IMG/VR virus record: IMGVR_UViG_3300030329_003387 | Source: a virus | Length of the DNA: 64,000 bases | Direction: 5' to 3' (one strand) | Shown here: in pieces, positions 35,852 to 44,932 of the stretch | Position numbering within the stretch: position 1 is the stretch's first letter | Layout: each line of letters starts with the position of its first letter | Notes under the pieces: model-generated | What the model saw: the letters and a program-made list of their open reading frames with translations, nothing else | Database searches by the model: none | Told to the model about the DNA's origin: nothing | Translations under genes and position numbers: made by a program

Positions 35852-37403
35852 TCCTATAAACCTATCTTTTGACGACGAGTCCACATGGGACACAATCTGT
35901 AGCGGAAGAACAAAGGGCGTTTTTCAGTTAGAGAGTAGTTTAGGAAGAAGTTGGGCTAAGAAAGTTAAGCCCAAGAATATGGAAGAGCTTTCCGACTTAA
36001 TAGCCATCATCCGTCCGGGATGTTTAAAAGCTATAGTTGATGGAAAGTCTATGACTCAACATTACGTCGATAGGAAGAATGGTGAAGAGTCAGTAACATA
36101 TTTACACGAATCATTAGAGCCAATCCTAAAGAAAACTCAGGGTGTACTTGTTTATCAAGAGCAGTCAATGCAGATAGCTCAACAGTTAGCTGGTTTTAGC
36201 CTTCAGGACGCTGACGACCTTCGTAAGGCCATCGGCAAAAAGAAGGCAGATCTAATGGCTAAAGTAAAGAAGTCTTTCTTAACTGGGGCTGATAGTAAAG
36301 GTATCGTTACCAAAGAAACGGCTGAAGAGATTTTTAGTTGGATTGAAAAATCTAGCCGTTACGCCTTTAACAAATCTCATGCTGTTAGTTATGCTATTTG
36401 CGGATATTGGAGCGCATACGCTAAAACGCATTATCCGCTACAGTTCTACTGTAACTATCTTAGGTATTCGGGCGGAAAGCCAGATCCACAGAAAGAAGTC
36501 AAGGAGCTTGTCACAGACGCTAAGTCTAACGATATATTCATACATCCTCCATCCTTAGATCATCTCAACGAAGAGACTGACGTAATAAACGACACAATCT
36601 ACTTTGGACTCAAAAACGTCAAGTCTCTAGGCTCTAATACGATAGCAACAATAAGAGATAATATTTCTGATCTAAAAGAGTCTTTGAAATCAAAGGAATG
36701 GACTTGGTATGAATTTTTAGTCCTCATTTCTAGGAAGATAAACAAAACGGCAACCAGAGCTTTAATATCGTCTGGAGTTTTGTCAAACCTTAAAGTTTCA
36801 AGACAAAAGATGCTCTATGAATTTGACACGTTTGAAAAGCTATCCAACAAAGAAATAGAATGGGTTTCAGAAAATTACCAAGCCTTTGACTCGTTGCTAG
36901 AGCTTCTTAGAAGTCTAGGTAGACCGAGAAAAGAGGGTGGCGGGGTTACAAATAAGAATAGACTGGAGATAGTAAAAGATTTGATACAGCAGCTAGAAGA
37001 TCCGCCAGTCTCCCTACACGACGATCCAGAGTGGATAGTTAGAACGGAAGAAAATTACTACGGCGTGTCACTAACCTTTTCCAAAGTAGAGTCTTCAGAT
37101 ACCAGCAGGGCTGACACCACATGTAAAGATCTCATCAATGGCAAAGAGGGCAAGGTCATGATTGCCGCAACAGTTTCCGAAACGAGGAAGTATGTACCGA
37201 AAAAGGGCAAGAACGCTGGCAATGAAATGGGTTTTTTAGAGATAGAGGATGCTACTGGTAGCGTTGATAATATAACTCTTTTTAATGAAGCTTGGATTAA
37301 ATATAAAAATGTTCTATATAATGGAAACAATATACTTATAATAGGAAAATCATCCAAGGGCAAAAGAGATGGCGTTATAGTAGACGAAATATTTGAACTG
37401 TAG
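35832..37403 (+). CDS. dnaE: DNA polymerase III alpha, C-terminal part (fingers, HhH, OB)
   Basis: GVFQLES, RPG, YQEQ, LRKAIGKK, YAFNKSHA, IEDATG OB fold. Confidence 0.95.
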   Translation: METSTFDPINLSFDDESTWDTICSGRTKGVFQLESSLGRSWAKKVKPKNMEELSDLIAIIRPGCLKAIVDGKSMTQHYVDRKNGEESVTYLHESLEPILKKTQGVLVYQEQSMQIAQQLAGFSLQDADDLRKAIGKKKADLMAKVKKSFLTGADSKGIVTKETAEEIFSWIEKSSRYAFNKSHAVSYAICGYWSAYAKTHYPLQFYCNYLRYSGGKPDPQKEVKELVTDAKSNDIFIHPPSLDHLNEETDVINDTIYFGLKNVKSLGSNTIATIRDNISDLKESLKSKEWTWYEFLVLISRKINKTATRALISSGVLSNLKVSRQKMLYEFDTFEKLSNKEIEWVSENYQAFDSLLELLRSLGRPRKEGGGVTNKNRLEIVKDLIQQLEDPPVSLHDDPEWIVRTEENYYGVSLTFSKVESSDTSRADTTCKDLINGKEGKVMIAATVSETRKYVPKKGKNAGNEMGFLEIEDATGSVDNITLFNEAWIKYKNVLYNGNNILIIGKSSKGKRDGVIVDEIFEL

Positions 37404-37432
37404 TTGCAAAAGCTCTTTAGTGAGCGTATATT
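37404..37432 (+). promoter_or_regulatory. Sigma70-type promoter of ssb
   Basis: TTGCAA-17 nt-TATATT. Confidence 0.6.
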
Positions 37433-37469
37433 GTATGTAGTAAGAACAACTTATTGCAAGGATGGTACT

Positions 37470-37886
37470 ATGAACACTATTTCAAATTATTGCCGATTTA
37501 TTGGTCGCCTAACTGAAGACCCACATCTCATCAAAGTAGACAAAACAGAGTTATGTCGATTTACTTTAGCCGTAACTGAATATAGGCGAGAAAAAAGCCC
37601 TGACGGAGAAAGTAAGAAAAAGAAGAGCGTAAATTACTTTGATTTTGAAGCTTGGGACACCGGAGCGACAACTCTTGGCAAATATTGTAAAAAGGGTGAC
37701 ATAGTAGATGTAGTGACCTCAGCTAGAAATAATAACTGGACAGACAAAGAAGGAAACAAAAAGTTTCAGACAAGATTTAGAGTGAAAGAGTTTAAGCTTT
37801 TTAACACAAATCAAAACACGTCTAGTGTTCCGGATGGGGCGAGCAATGAAGGTAAGCTCGAAAAATCCGAACTGCTAAATGAATAA
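37470..37886 (+). CDS. ssb: Single-stranded DNA-binding protein
   Basis: IGRLTEDP, FTLAV, AW, KKG, WTDKEG. Confidence 0.9.
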   Translation: MNTISNYCRFIGRLTEDPHLIKVDKTELCRFTLAVTEYRREKSPDGESKKKKSVNYFDFEAWDTGATTLGKYCKKGDIVDVVTSARNNNWTDKEGNKKFQTRFRVKEFKLFNTNQNTSSVPDGASNEGKLEKSELLNE

Positions 37887-38376
37887 ACAGAGAAGAAATA
37901 CAACGGACAAAGAGCTTGAAGACCAACTAATTCGTAACAATTACGGACTGGTTGTTAGTCAAGCTCTTTCTTTTTTATCTAAAAACTCTAGCTTAGATGA
38001 ATTTATACAGGCCGGACTGATAGGTCTGCTAAGAGCTATAAGACAACATGATGAAGATATATCTAAGTTTTCTACCTATGCTACCGTATGCATTAGGAAT
38101 GAGATACAAAAACTAAAAAGCAAAAACAAAGACAAAGATGTTAAAGTATTCTTTGACAACAATCTTTTAGCAAAAAGTCTAAAAGATAAGTACTATATAA
38201 AAGAAAGCTTCTTTGATTATGTGCCGGATTATCTATCAGAAGAAGAGAACTTCATACTCAAGCTAAAGCTTGAAAATTATACCAACGCAGAAATTTGCGA
38301 TTTTCTAAATTGCACTAGAGTTGTTTTGAATAAAAAATTAGAGACGCTCTTTGAAAAAATTAGGGAAGCTAATTGA
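37879..38376 (+). CDS. Second sigma70-family factor
   Basis: NYGLV, QAGLIGLLRA, KFSTYATVCIRNEI; degenerate region 4. Confidence 0.85.
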   Translation: MNKQRRNTTDKELEDQLIRNNYGLVVSQALSFLSKNSSLDEFIQAGLIGLLRAIRQHDEDISKFSTYATVCIRNEIQKLKSKNKDKDVKVFFDNNLLAKSLKDKYYIKESFFDYVPDYLSEEENFILKLKLENYTNAEICDFLNCTRVVLNKKLETLFEKIREAN

Positions 38377-40013
38377 TGAGAAAGAAAAGAATATTATTTT
38401 GCGGAGAGGCTACCTATCTAAATACAGGTTATGCAACTTATGGTAGAGAAGTTTTAAACAGGCTTTACCAAACAGATAAGTACGAATTAGCAGAATTTGC
38501 TAGTTATGGGACTCCAGAAGAAGCCGCAAAGAACAATATTCCGTGGACTTTTTATCCAAACATGCCCGACACCTCTAACAAAGCTGAGGTAGATCAATAC
38601 AACTCCATTCCTACAAACCAGTTTGGGGAATGGAGATTTGAGGAAGTGTTGCTTAGCTTCAAACCGGATATTGTTTTTGACATTCGAGATTTTTGGATGC
38701 TTGACTATCAAAGTAGGTCGCCATTCAGAAGGATGTTTCATTGGGTTATAATGCCTACAGTAGATGCTTCCCCACAAAACGAACAATGGTTGGCTACATT
38801 TTCTGAAGCTGACGGCGTTTTTAATTATTCTGATTGGGGATATGAGGTTCTAAAAGAAGAGTCTAACGGCGCTATTAATTGTTTGGGTAGCGCTCCTCCT
38901 TCTGCCGACCAAGCCTACCAACCAGTAGCAAGCAAAAGAAAGCATAAATCTGAACTAGGGTTTGACCCAGATAGTAAAATAATTGGCACTGTAATGCGCA
39001 ACCAAAGAAGGAAGTTATTTCCTGATTTGTTTGAAGCTTTTAGAAAGTTTTTAGATAAGAGTGGTAGCAGTGACGTTTTTCTATACTGCCACACTAGCTA
39101 TCCAGACATTGGATGGGACATACCCAAACTACTGAACAAATACGCACTGTCAAGCAAGGTCATCTTTACATATGTATGCCCAAGCTGTGGTCATGCTTTT
39201 CCATCGTTTTTTGCTGACGCAAAGACAAAATGCCCAAGATGCGGCGGTTCTGGAGCTGGATTATCAAGCGTAAAGAATGGAACGAGCTATGAATTCCTTG
39301 CTTCTATCATGAATACGTTTGATCTGTACGTTCAGTATGCAAACAGTGAAGGTTTCGGTTTGCCACAGGTTGAAGCAGCTGCTTGTGGAGTGCCTGTCAT
39401 GAGCATTGATTACTCTGCCATGAGTAGTGTTGTTAGAAAATTGGGAGGAATACCATTAAAGCCAAAAGCTCTCTACAACGAAATGGAAACTGGTTGTGAC
39501 AGGGCAGTACCCGACAACGACAAGACTGCGGAGGAGATGAAAAAGTTCTTCGACATGTCAGATAAAGATCGTCAATTTTTAGGAAAGCTTTGCAAGGCGA
39601 ACTTTGATAAATACTACCAATGGGATTCAACCGCTAAGAAATGGGAGCAGTATTTTGATTCTTTAGAAATTAGACCCGATCAAGAAACTTGGCTGTCACC
39701 ACCCAGAATACACCACCCAGATATAGACGTTCCTGCCTATCTCCCTACACAAGAGTATGCTCAATGGCTGATAGTCAATGTTTTAGGAGAGCCTGAAAGA
39801 CTTAATACTTATTTTGAAGCAAGAATGATTAGAGATCTAAATTATGGGATGTACATAGAAGGCACTGGAGATATGTACTTCAATGAGGACTCTTATAAGT
39901 TTGTTCGCCCAGAATATCAGCCGTTTGATAAAGAAATTGCATACAAGGTTGTTGCTGACCTTGCAGAGAGAAGGAATTTCTGGGAATCAAAAAGGAAAGA
40001 GGTGGTTAGATGA
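38376..40013 (+). CDS. GT4 glycosyltransferase with inserted zinc ribbon
   Basis: TGY, RNQRRK, EGFGLPQVEAAACG; CPSC...CPRC insertion. Confidence 0.88.
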   Translation: MRKKRILFCGEATYLNTGYATYGREVLNRLYQTDKYELAEFASYGTPEEAAKNNIPWTFYPNMPDTSNKAEVDQYNSIPTNQFGEWRFEEVLLSFKPDIVFDIRDFWMLDYQSRSPFRRMFHWVIMPTVDASPQNEQWLATFSEADGVFNYSDWGYEVLKEESNGAINCLGSAPPSADQAYQPVASKRKHKSELGFDPDSKIIGTVMRNQRRKLFPDLFEAFRKFLDKSGSSDVFLYCHTSYPDIGWDIPKLLNKYALSSKVIFTYVCPSCGHAFPSFFADAKTKCPRCGGSGAGLSSVKNGTSYEFLASIMNTFDLYVQYANSEGFGLPQVEAAACGVPVMSIDYSAMSSVVRKLGGIPLKPKALYNEMETGCDRAVPDNDKTAEEMKKFFDMSDKDRQFLGKLCKANFDKYYQWDSTAKKWEQYFDSLEIRPDQETWLSPPRIHHPDIDVPAYLPTQEYAQWLIVNVLGEPERLNTYFEARMIRDLNYGMYIEGTGDMYFNEDSYKFVRPEYQPFDKEIAYKVVADLAERRNFWESKRKEVVR

Positions 40014-41134
40014 AAGTCCTCTATATAGGTTGTTACAGAGATGGTACTGGATGGGCGCAAGCGGCAATAGATTACATACTTTCTATGGACGCCGCTGGAA
40101 TAGACGTTGTTCCAAGACCAATAAAACTAAATAACAACAAGCCAGACATACCTAAAAGAATAATTGAGCTTGAGAAAAAAGACAGTATCGGCAGTGATGT
40201 TTGCATACAGCACGTACTTCCACACATGATGGATTACAATGCTAGATTTAAGAAAAATATAGCCCTATACGCAAGCGAGACAAGCAATTTTAAGGCATCT
40301 AACTGGGCTAGAAAAATAAACTGTTTAGACGAAGCTTGGGTTATAAACAATCAAATGGTGGACGCCGCAAAAGAAAGCGGGGTAAACATACCAATAAAGG
40401 TTGTTCCTCATGCCACAGATTTTTCTAAGTTTGAAAGCAATCATAGAAAGGTTGATATACCAAACATAAGAGACACCTTTACTTTCTACTTTGTTGGCGA
40501 GATGAACAACAGAAAGAATATGGCGGCTTTTATAAGAGCGTTTCATCTAGAGTTTGACCCAGACGAACCCGTCTCAATTTTAATAAAATCAAACAGGTAT
40601 GGTATGTCTTCCGACGAGTGCGCGGCAGAGATAAAAAATGTATGCGATAAAATTAAAACATCTCTTAAAAAGTACGCAAATCTAGAAGACTATAGAGAAG
40701 ACTTAATAGTTACAGATTATTTAGGCGAACAAGAGCTTTATGGTCTTCACAGGGCTTGCGACTGCTTCGTTATGCCTAGTTACGGAGAGGCTTGGTCTAT
40801 ACCAGCTTTTGACGCTATGGGCTTTGGTAAAACACCGATATGTTCAAATACTGGAGGAATGGCAGATTATATAGGTGACTCTGGAATTTTGATTGACGGT
40901 AGATGGGAGCCAGTTTCTGGAATGACAGACACTTTTGCCGACCTTTTTACAGCCGAAGAGGATTGGTACTCCGTAGATGTAAACCAGCTTAGAAAAGCGA
41001 TGAGAAAAATATACACAATGAAAAGCTCAGAACAAGAAGAATACAGCAAGATGAAAAGAAACGGACTTGTTCAAGCACAAAAATATTCTCACGAAAATAT
41101 AGGCAAACTAATAAAAGAGCTTTTGAATGAGTAA
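40010..41134 (+). CDS. GT4 glycosyltransferase
   Basis: RKN, PSYGEAWSIPAFDAMGFG. Confidence 0.88.
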   Translation: MKVLYIGCYRDGTGWAQAAIDYILSMDAAGIDVVPRPIKLNNNKPDIPKRIIELEKKDSIGSDVCIQHVLPHMMDYNARFKKNIALYASETSNFKASNWARKINCLDEAWVINNQMVDAAKESGVNIPIKVVPHATDFSKFESNHRKVDIPNIRDTFTFYFVGEMNNRKNMAAFIRAFHLEFDPDEPVSILIKSNRYGMSSDECAAEIKNVCDKIKTSLKKYANLEDYREDLIVTDYLGEQELYGLHRACDCFVMPSYGEAWSIPAFDAMGFGKTPICSNTGGMADYIGDSGILIDGRWEPVSGMTDTFADLFTAEEDWYSVDVNQLRKAMRKIYTMKSSEQEEYSKMKRNGLVQAQKYSHENIGKLIKELLNE

Positions 41135-42143
41135 TCCAGTAGCATCTATAACAAGAGCAGCGACCAGAAAATTTAATGAGCCGCTAAACATACTAACCTT
41201 TCCTACGCACGAAAGGTATGAAAGTCTTTTGTGCAGGACTGGCCATAATTTTTATGCCTACAGAGCTGAAGGTGTAAAAGACTGGAACTCTAATTACGCT
41301 CCTCTACCAGAGAATTACCAACTGCTAAACCCAGAGCTTGGCGAATCACAAATACCACTGAATGTAGATTTTGATCTCATTCTCTCTCAAAACAAATTCG
41401 GTCAATTTCAAATTGCAGAGCCTTTATCAAAAAGACTGCACTTGCCGATGGTTAGTTTAGAGCATACATTGCCAGTTCCTTACTGGCCTCCCAATGTAAA
41501 AGAATCCACAAAATACATGAGAGGCGACACAAACATATTTATATCAGAATACAGCATACACGACTGGGATTGGAGTCCGCAGGGAAATGACACAGCAGTA
41601 ATAACACACGGAGTGGACTCGCAGACTTTTAAGCCACAAGAAGTAGAGAGAGAAAATCAAATACTATCCGTTGTTAATGACTGGATTAATAGAGATTGGT
41701 GTTGCGGATTCACTTTATGGCAAAGAGTCATTCAAGGCTTACCATTTAAGGTTGTTGGAGATACTCCCGGCCTGTCAGTCCCAGCATCCAGCACAGAAGA
41801 ATTAGTAAACGCATACTCTTCCAATAGAATTTTTCTAAACACTTCTACAATATCTCCCGTACCAACAGCCTTGCTGGAAGCCATGTCTTGTGGTTGCGCT
41901 GTTGTTACGACAGCGACATGTATGATACCGGAGATTGTAGAAAATGGCGTTAACGGTTTTATAAGTAATGACGAAGAAGAGCTAAAGCAATACTTAGTTG
42001 ACCTCTTGAATGACGAAGAGCTTGCTAAAAAGCTAGGCGAAAACGCAAGAAAAACCATAGTCGAAAACTTTTCACAAGAAGAGTTTATCAGGAAGTGGGA
42101 CTTTTTACTTAAACAAACTGCTAAAAAGTTTTTTAGGGGATAA
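41127..42143 (+). CDS. GT4 glycosyltransferase
   Basis: LLEAMSCG, IVENGVNG. Confidence 0.88.
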   Translation: MSNPVASITRAATRKFNEPLNILTFPTHERYESLLCRTGHNFYAYRAEGVKDWNSNYAPLPENYQLLNPELGESQIPLNVDFDLILSQNKFGQFQIAEPLSKRLHLPMVSLEHTLPVPYWPPNVKESTKYMRGDTNIFISEYSIHDWDWSPQGNDTAVITHGVDSQTFKPQEVERENQILSVVNDWINRDWCCGFTLWQRVIQGLPFKVVGDTPGLSVPASSTEELVNAYSSNRIFLNTSTISPVPTALLEAMSCGCAVVTTATCMIPEIVENGVNGFISNDEEELKQYLVDLLNDEELAKKLGENARKTIVENFSQEEFIRKWDFLLKQTAKKFFRG

Positions 42144-42144
42144 G

Positions 42145-42654
42145 ATGAAGATTAACATAACACTAGGCGGGTCTGGCTACAAATCTGGATTTGTGAACAT
42201 AGACCCAACACTCAAGAGAATGGGTGAAGAAGTAGTTCTAGAGAATGCCAATGATGAACAAACAAATGTCATAAAGGCAGACATTCGTAATTTAGATGAA
42301 ATAACCCTAGAAAACGAATGTGTAGAAATTGTAGCAGAAGACATACTAGATTATCTACAGCTTGGAGAGTCTAGAAAAGTTTTAGCTCACTGGATCAGTA
42401 AGCTTAGGCATGGCGGCAAGATAGTCGTTGGTGGAACGGACATTCTAGAAGTATGTAGGATGTTTTACAAAAAAGCTATAGACACAGAGTCTCTTAATGT
42501 CCTCATGCATGGAAATTTTGAGGAGGCTTGGAGCGTTAAATTAAGTCATACGACTATGGAAGATCTTGTCTCTTTCTTAGAGTCACAAGGTATCAAAGTT
42601 ACAAAGAAAAGATTACAAGGCGTTAATATGTTAGTAGAAGGAGAAAGGCCATGA
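42145..42654 (+). CDS. Class I SAM methyltransferase-like protein
   Basis: LGGS..GFVNID, DIR, KLRHGG. Confidence 0.6.
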   Translation: MKINITLGGSGYKSGFVNIDPTLKRMGEEVVLENANDEQTNVIKADIRNLDEITLENECVEIVAEDILDYLQLGESRKVLAHWISKLRHGGKIVVGGTDILEVCRMFYKKAIDTESLNVLMHGNFEEAWSVKLSHTTMEDLVSFLESQGIKVTKKRLQGVNMLVEGERP

Positions 42655-43448
42655 TGGACAATCAGTTAACTAGCTCCTGTAAAGATTGTGTTTTTGCTGT
42701 TTATATTGGCAAAACACAGACAGAGTGTAAGTTAGGTCGAGTAGAGAAGTTTAGAGAAAAGGGAGTTGACATCATTGAAGCAGAGGACTTAGAAGAAAAT
42801 GAGTTCTTTGTGGTTGAGGCTTGGTGCAACTACTACAGAAATCAGGAATGGAAAGAGGCGTTTGACACAAGCGTTAGTCTAACAGACAAAGTAAAAGAAG
42901 AAGCCGTCTTTCCCGTAGGCTTTATAGTTTTGTTTGATAATGACTCCTCCACCGAAGATCTAGAAAAAACTATTTCTGGCATTAAGGAAATAGAAGGCGA
43001 GGCTTCATATGTCACCATAGCCAATAGTTCAGAATCAGACCCTATAGAATTCATTTCTACAGTTCAAGATTTGTTTGGAGATTCTGAAATAGATTACAAA
43101 GTAACTAGGATTATGGAAGAAGAGGCATATCAATACCAATCTATAGATTTGTGTTTTCCTAACATTAACAATAGCTACTACTATGTTTTGAGAGCTGGAA
43201 ACAAGCCTGCAAAGGATGTAATTTCTTTAATTGACAAGCAAACGAACACAGAACTTGAACCTGTTGTCTATATCAAAGGCGATGAAAATCTAAATGGAAC
43301 TGTTGTTCAGGCTACCATGCATAAGTTTTTGAATGGATACTACGGAATGACACTTCTTGAAAAAATAGAAGGCATACAGAGTGAAGACGGAAGTACCAAA
43401 AGTGTAGTTTGGACTTGGGAAGAAATTAGAAATGGAAAAGAATCCTAG
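42651..43448 (+). CDS. Hypothetical protein (Cys motif plus degenerate GT-A)
   Basis: CKDC, C, WC N-terminal Cys; cluster context. Confidence 0.5.
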   Translation: MMDNQLTSSCKDCVFAVYIGKTQTECKLGRVEKFREKGVDIIEAEDLEENEFFVVEAWCNYYRNQEWKEAFDTSVSLTDKVKEEAVFPVGFIVLFDNDSSTEDLEKTISGIKEIEGEASYVTIANSSESDPIEFISTVQDLFGDSEIDYKVTRIMEEEAYQYQSIDLCFPNINNSYYYVLRAGNKPAKDVISLIDKQTNTELEPVVYIKGDENLNGTVVQATMHKFLNGYYGMTLLEKIEGIQSEDGSTKSVVWTWEEIRNGKES

Positions 43449-44220
43449 AGTTACAATTCTTATAGCTTGTTATAACGACGAAGAGTATATAGCAAAAGCT
43501 ATAAAAAGTGCTATGCACCAAGACTATGAGGGACCTATAACAATTTGCGTTGTTAATGATGGCTCTACAGATAAGTCTTGGGACATAATAACTTCTTCTG
43601 AAAAGAGTGTTGCCAGCGATACATTTGAAGGTTCGCAAGTTTTTATAACTTGGCCTAGTGATGATTTTTCCGATAGAAAATTCGTTGCTATAAACAGAAC
43701 AAATGGAGGCCCTAGTGCTGCTAGAAATACCGGCATCAACTACACGTTGCAGGATACAGATATCTATGCAATTTTAGACGCTGACGATGAAATGTATCCT
43801 GAAAAGATAACAAAGTGTGTCAATGTTATGAAACAGGACATGAAATCTATTGGAGTTGTCTATGCTGATTATGACACTAAACATACTTCTACAGGAAAAA
43901 TAATCAGAGAGTATAAAGAACCTTACACCAGAAGAAGATTAATAGAAGAATGCATGGTTCATAGCGGAAGCATTATAAACAAACAAGCACTACTAGATGT
44001 TGAAGAAGCTACTGGCTACTACGACTCTACTATGAGAACATGCGAAGACTATGATCTTTGGATGAGAATAAGCGAAAAATACATCATAGCTCATGTTGCA
44101 GAGTCGCTGACTCTTGTTAGAGTAACAGGTGACAACTCTAGCTTTGTAGTGAACAAAAATGTCTGGCAACAGAACTGGTCTAGAGTAATGGAAAAATTGC
44201 AAGACAGGGCAAATGCGTAA
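43432..44220 (+). CDS. GT2 glycosyltransferase
   Basis: YN, NDGSTD, GPSAARNTG, LDADD, EDYDLW. Confidence 0.92.
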   Translation: MEKNPRVTILIACYNDEEYIAKAIKSAMHQDYEGPITICVVNDGSTDKSWDIITSSEKSVASDTFEGSQVFITWPSDDFSDRKFVAINRTNGGPSAARNTGINYTLQDTDIYAILDADDEMYPEKITKCVNVMKQDMKSIGVVYADYDTKHTSTGKIIREYKEPYTRRRLIEECMVHSGSIINKQALLDVEEATGYYDSTMRTCEDYDLWMRISEKYIIAHVAESLTLVRVTGDNSSFVVNKNVWQQNWSRVMEKLQDRANA

Positions 44221-44932
44221 ATATAACCGTTTTACAAGCTCAACGAAGCACAATGGAGCTGGCAAAGACGCTGATAAACCTTTAAGTGTCATTATACCAG
44301 TAGCCGGTATGGGTCATAGAATGAAATCCTATGGCCCTAAGTGTTTGCTGCCAGTAAATCAAAGACATACCATACTAGACAAAATAATATTAACGGTAAA
44401 AAAGATTTACCCGTTTTCTGAGATAATAGTTGTGGTAGGGTTTGAATCCGACAGGGTTATAAAAACTCTGGATAGAGACATAAGGATTGTAGAAAATCAA
44501 TCTTATAGAACATCGAATATAGTGGAGAGTCTTAGGCTTGGAGTAAACAACTCAGTCCATGACAATGCACTGATAATATATGGAGATCTTATATTCAATG
44601 TAAGTTCGCTGAATGACATAACAAGGAAAGGCTCTTCTATTGTTGTTGATAGCCAGTCTAGATTTGATGAAGAAGAAATAGGCGTAACTATAGTGGACGG
44701 AGAAGTTACAAACTTTGCTTATGGGTTAGAATCTAAATGGGCGCATATAGCATACTTGGAAGGTTTGGAGTTTGAAATGTTTAACGATTTATGTCAAGAC
44801 AAGACAAAAAACAAAATGTATCCATTTGAGCTTTTCAATATAATAATAAACTCTGGAGGTTTCTTTAGATCTGTTGAACCTCCTCGAATGCAAATAAAAG
44901 AAATTGACTCTCTTAAGGACTTGAAAAAATGA
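44213..44932 (+). CDS. Sugar/choline-phosphate nucleotidyltransferase (LicC-like)
   Basis: PVAGMGHRMKSYGPKCL, YGD, EID. Confidence 0.8.
   Translation: MRKYNRFTSSTKHNGAGKDADKPLSVIIPVAGMGHRMKSYGPKCLLPVNQRHTILDKIILTVKKIYPFSEIIVVVGFESDRVIKTLDRDIRIVENQSYRTSNIVESLRLGVNNSVHDNALIIYGDLIFNVSSLNDITRKGSSIVVDSQSRFDEEEIGVTIVDGEVTNFAYGLESKWAHIAYLEGLEFEMFNDLCQDKTKNKMYPFELFNIIINSGGFFRSVEPPRMQIKEIDSLKDLKK

Noticed and set aside
34850-35900. Split intein, intron or pseudogene explaining the broken dnaE
   Set aside because: No Cys/Ser-initiated intein N part or His-Asn C part; the intervening DNA is fully coding; both halves keep their catalytic motifs
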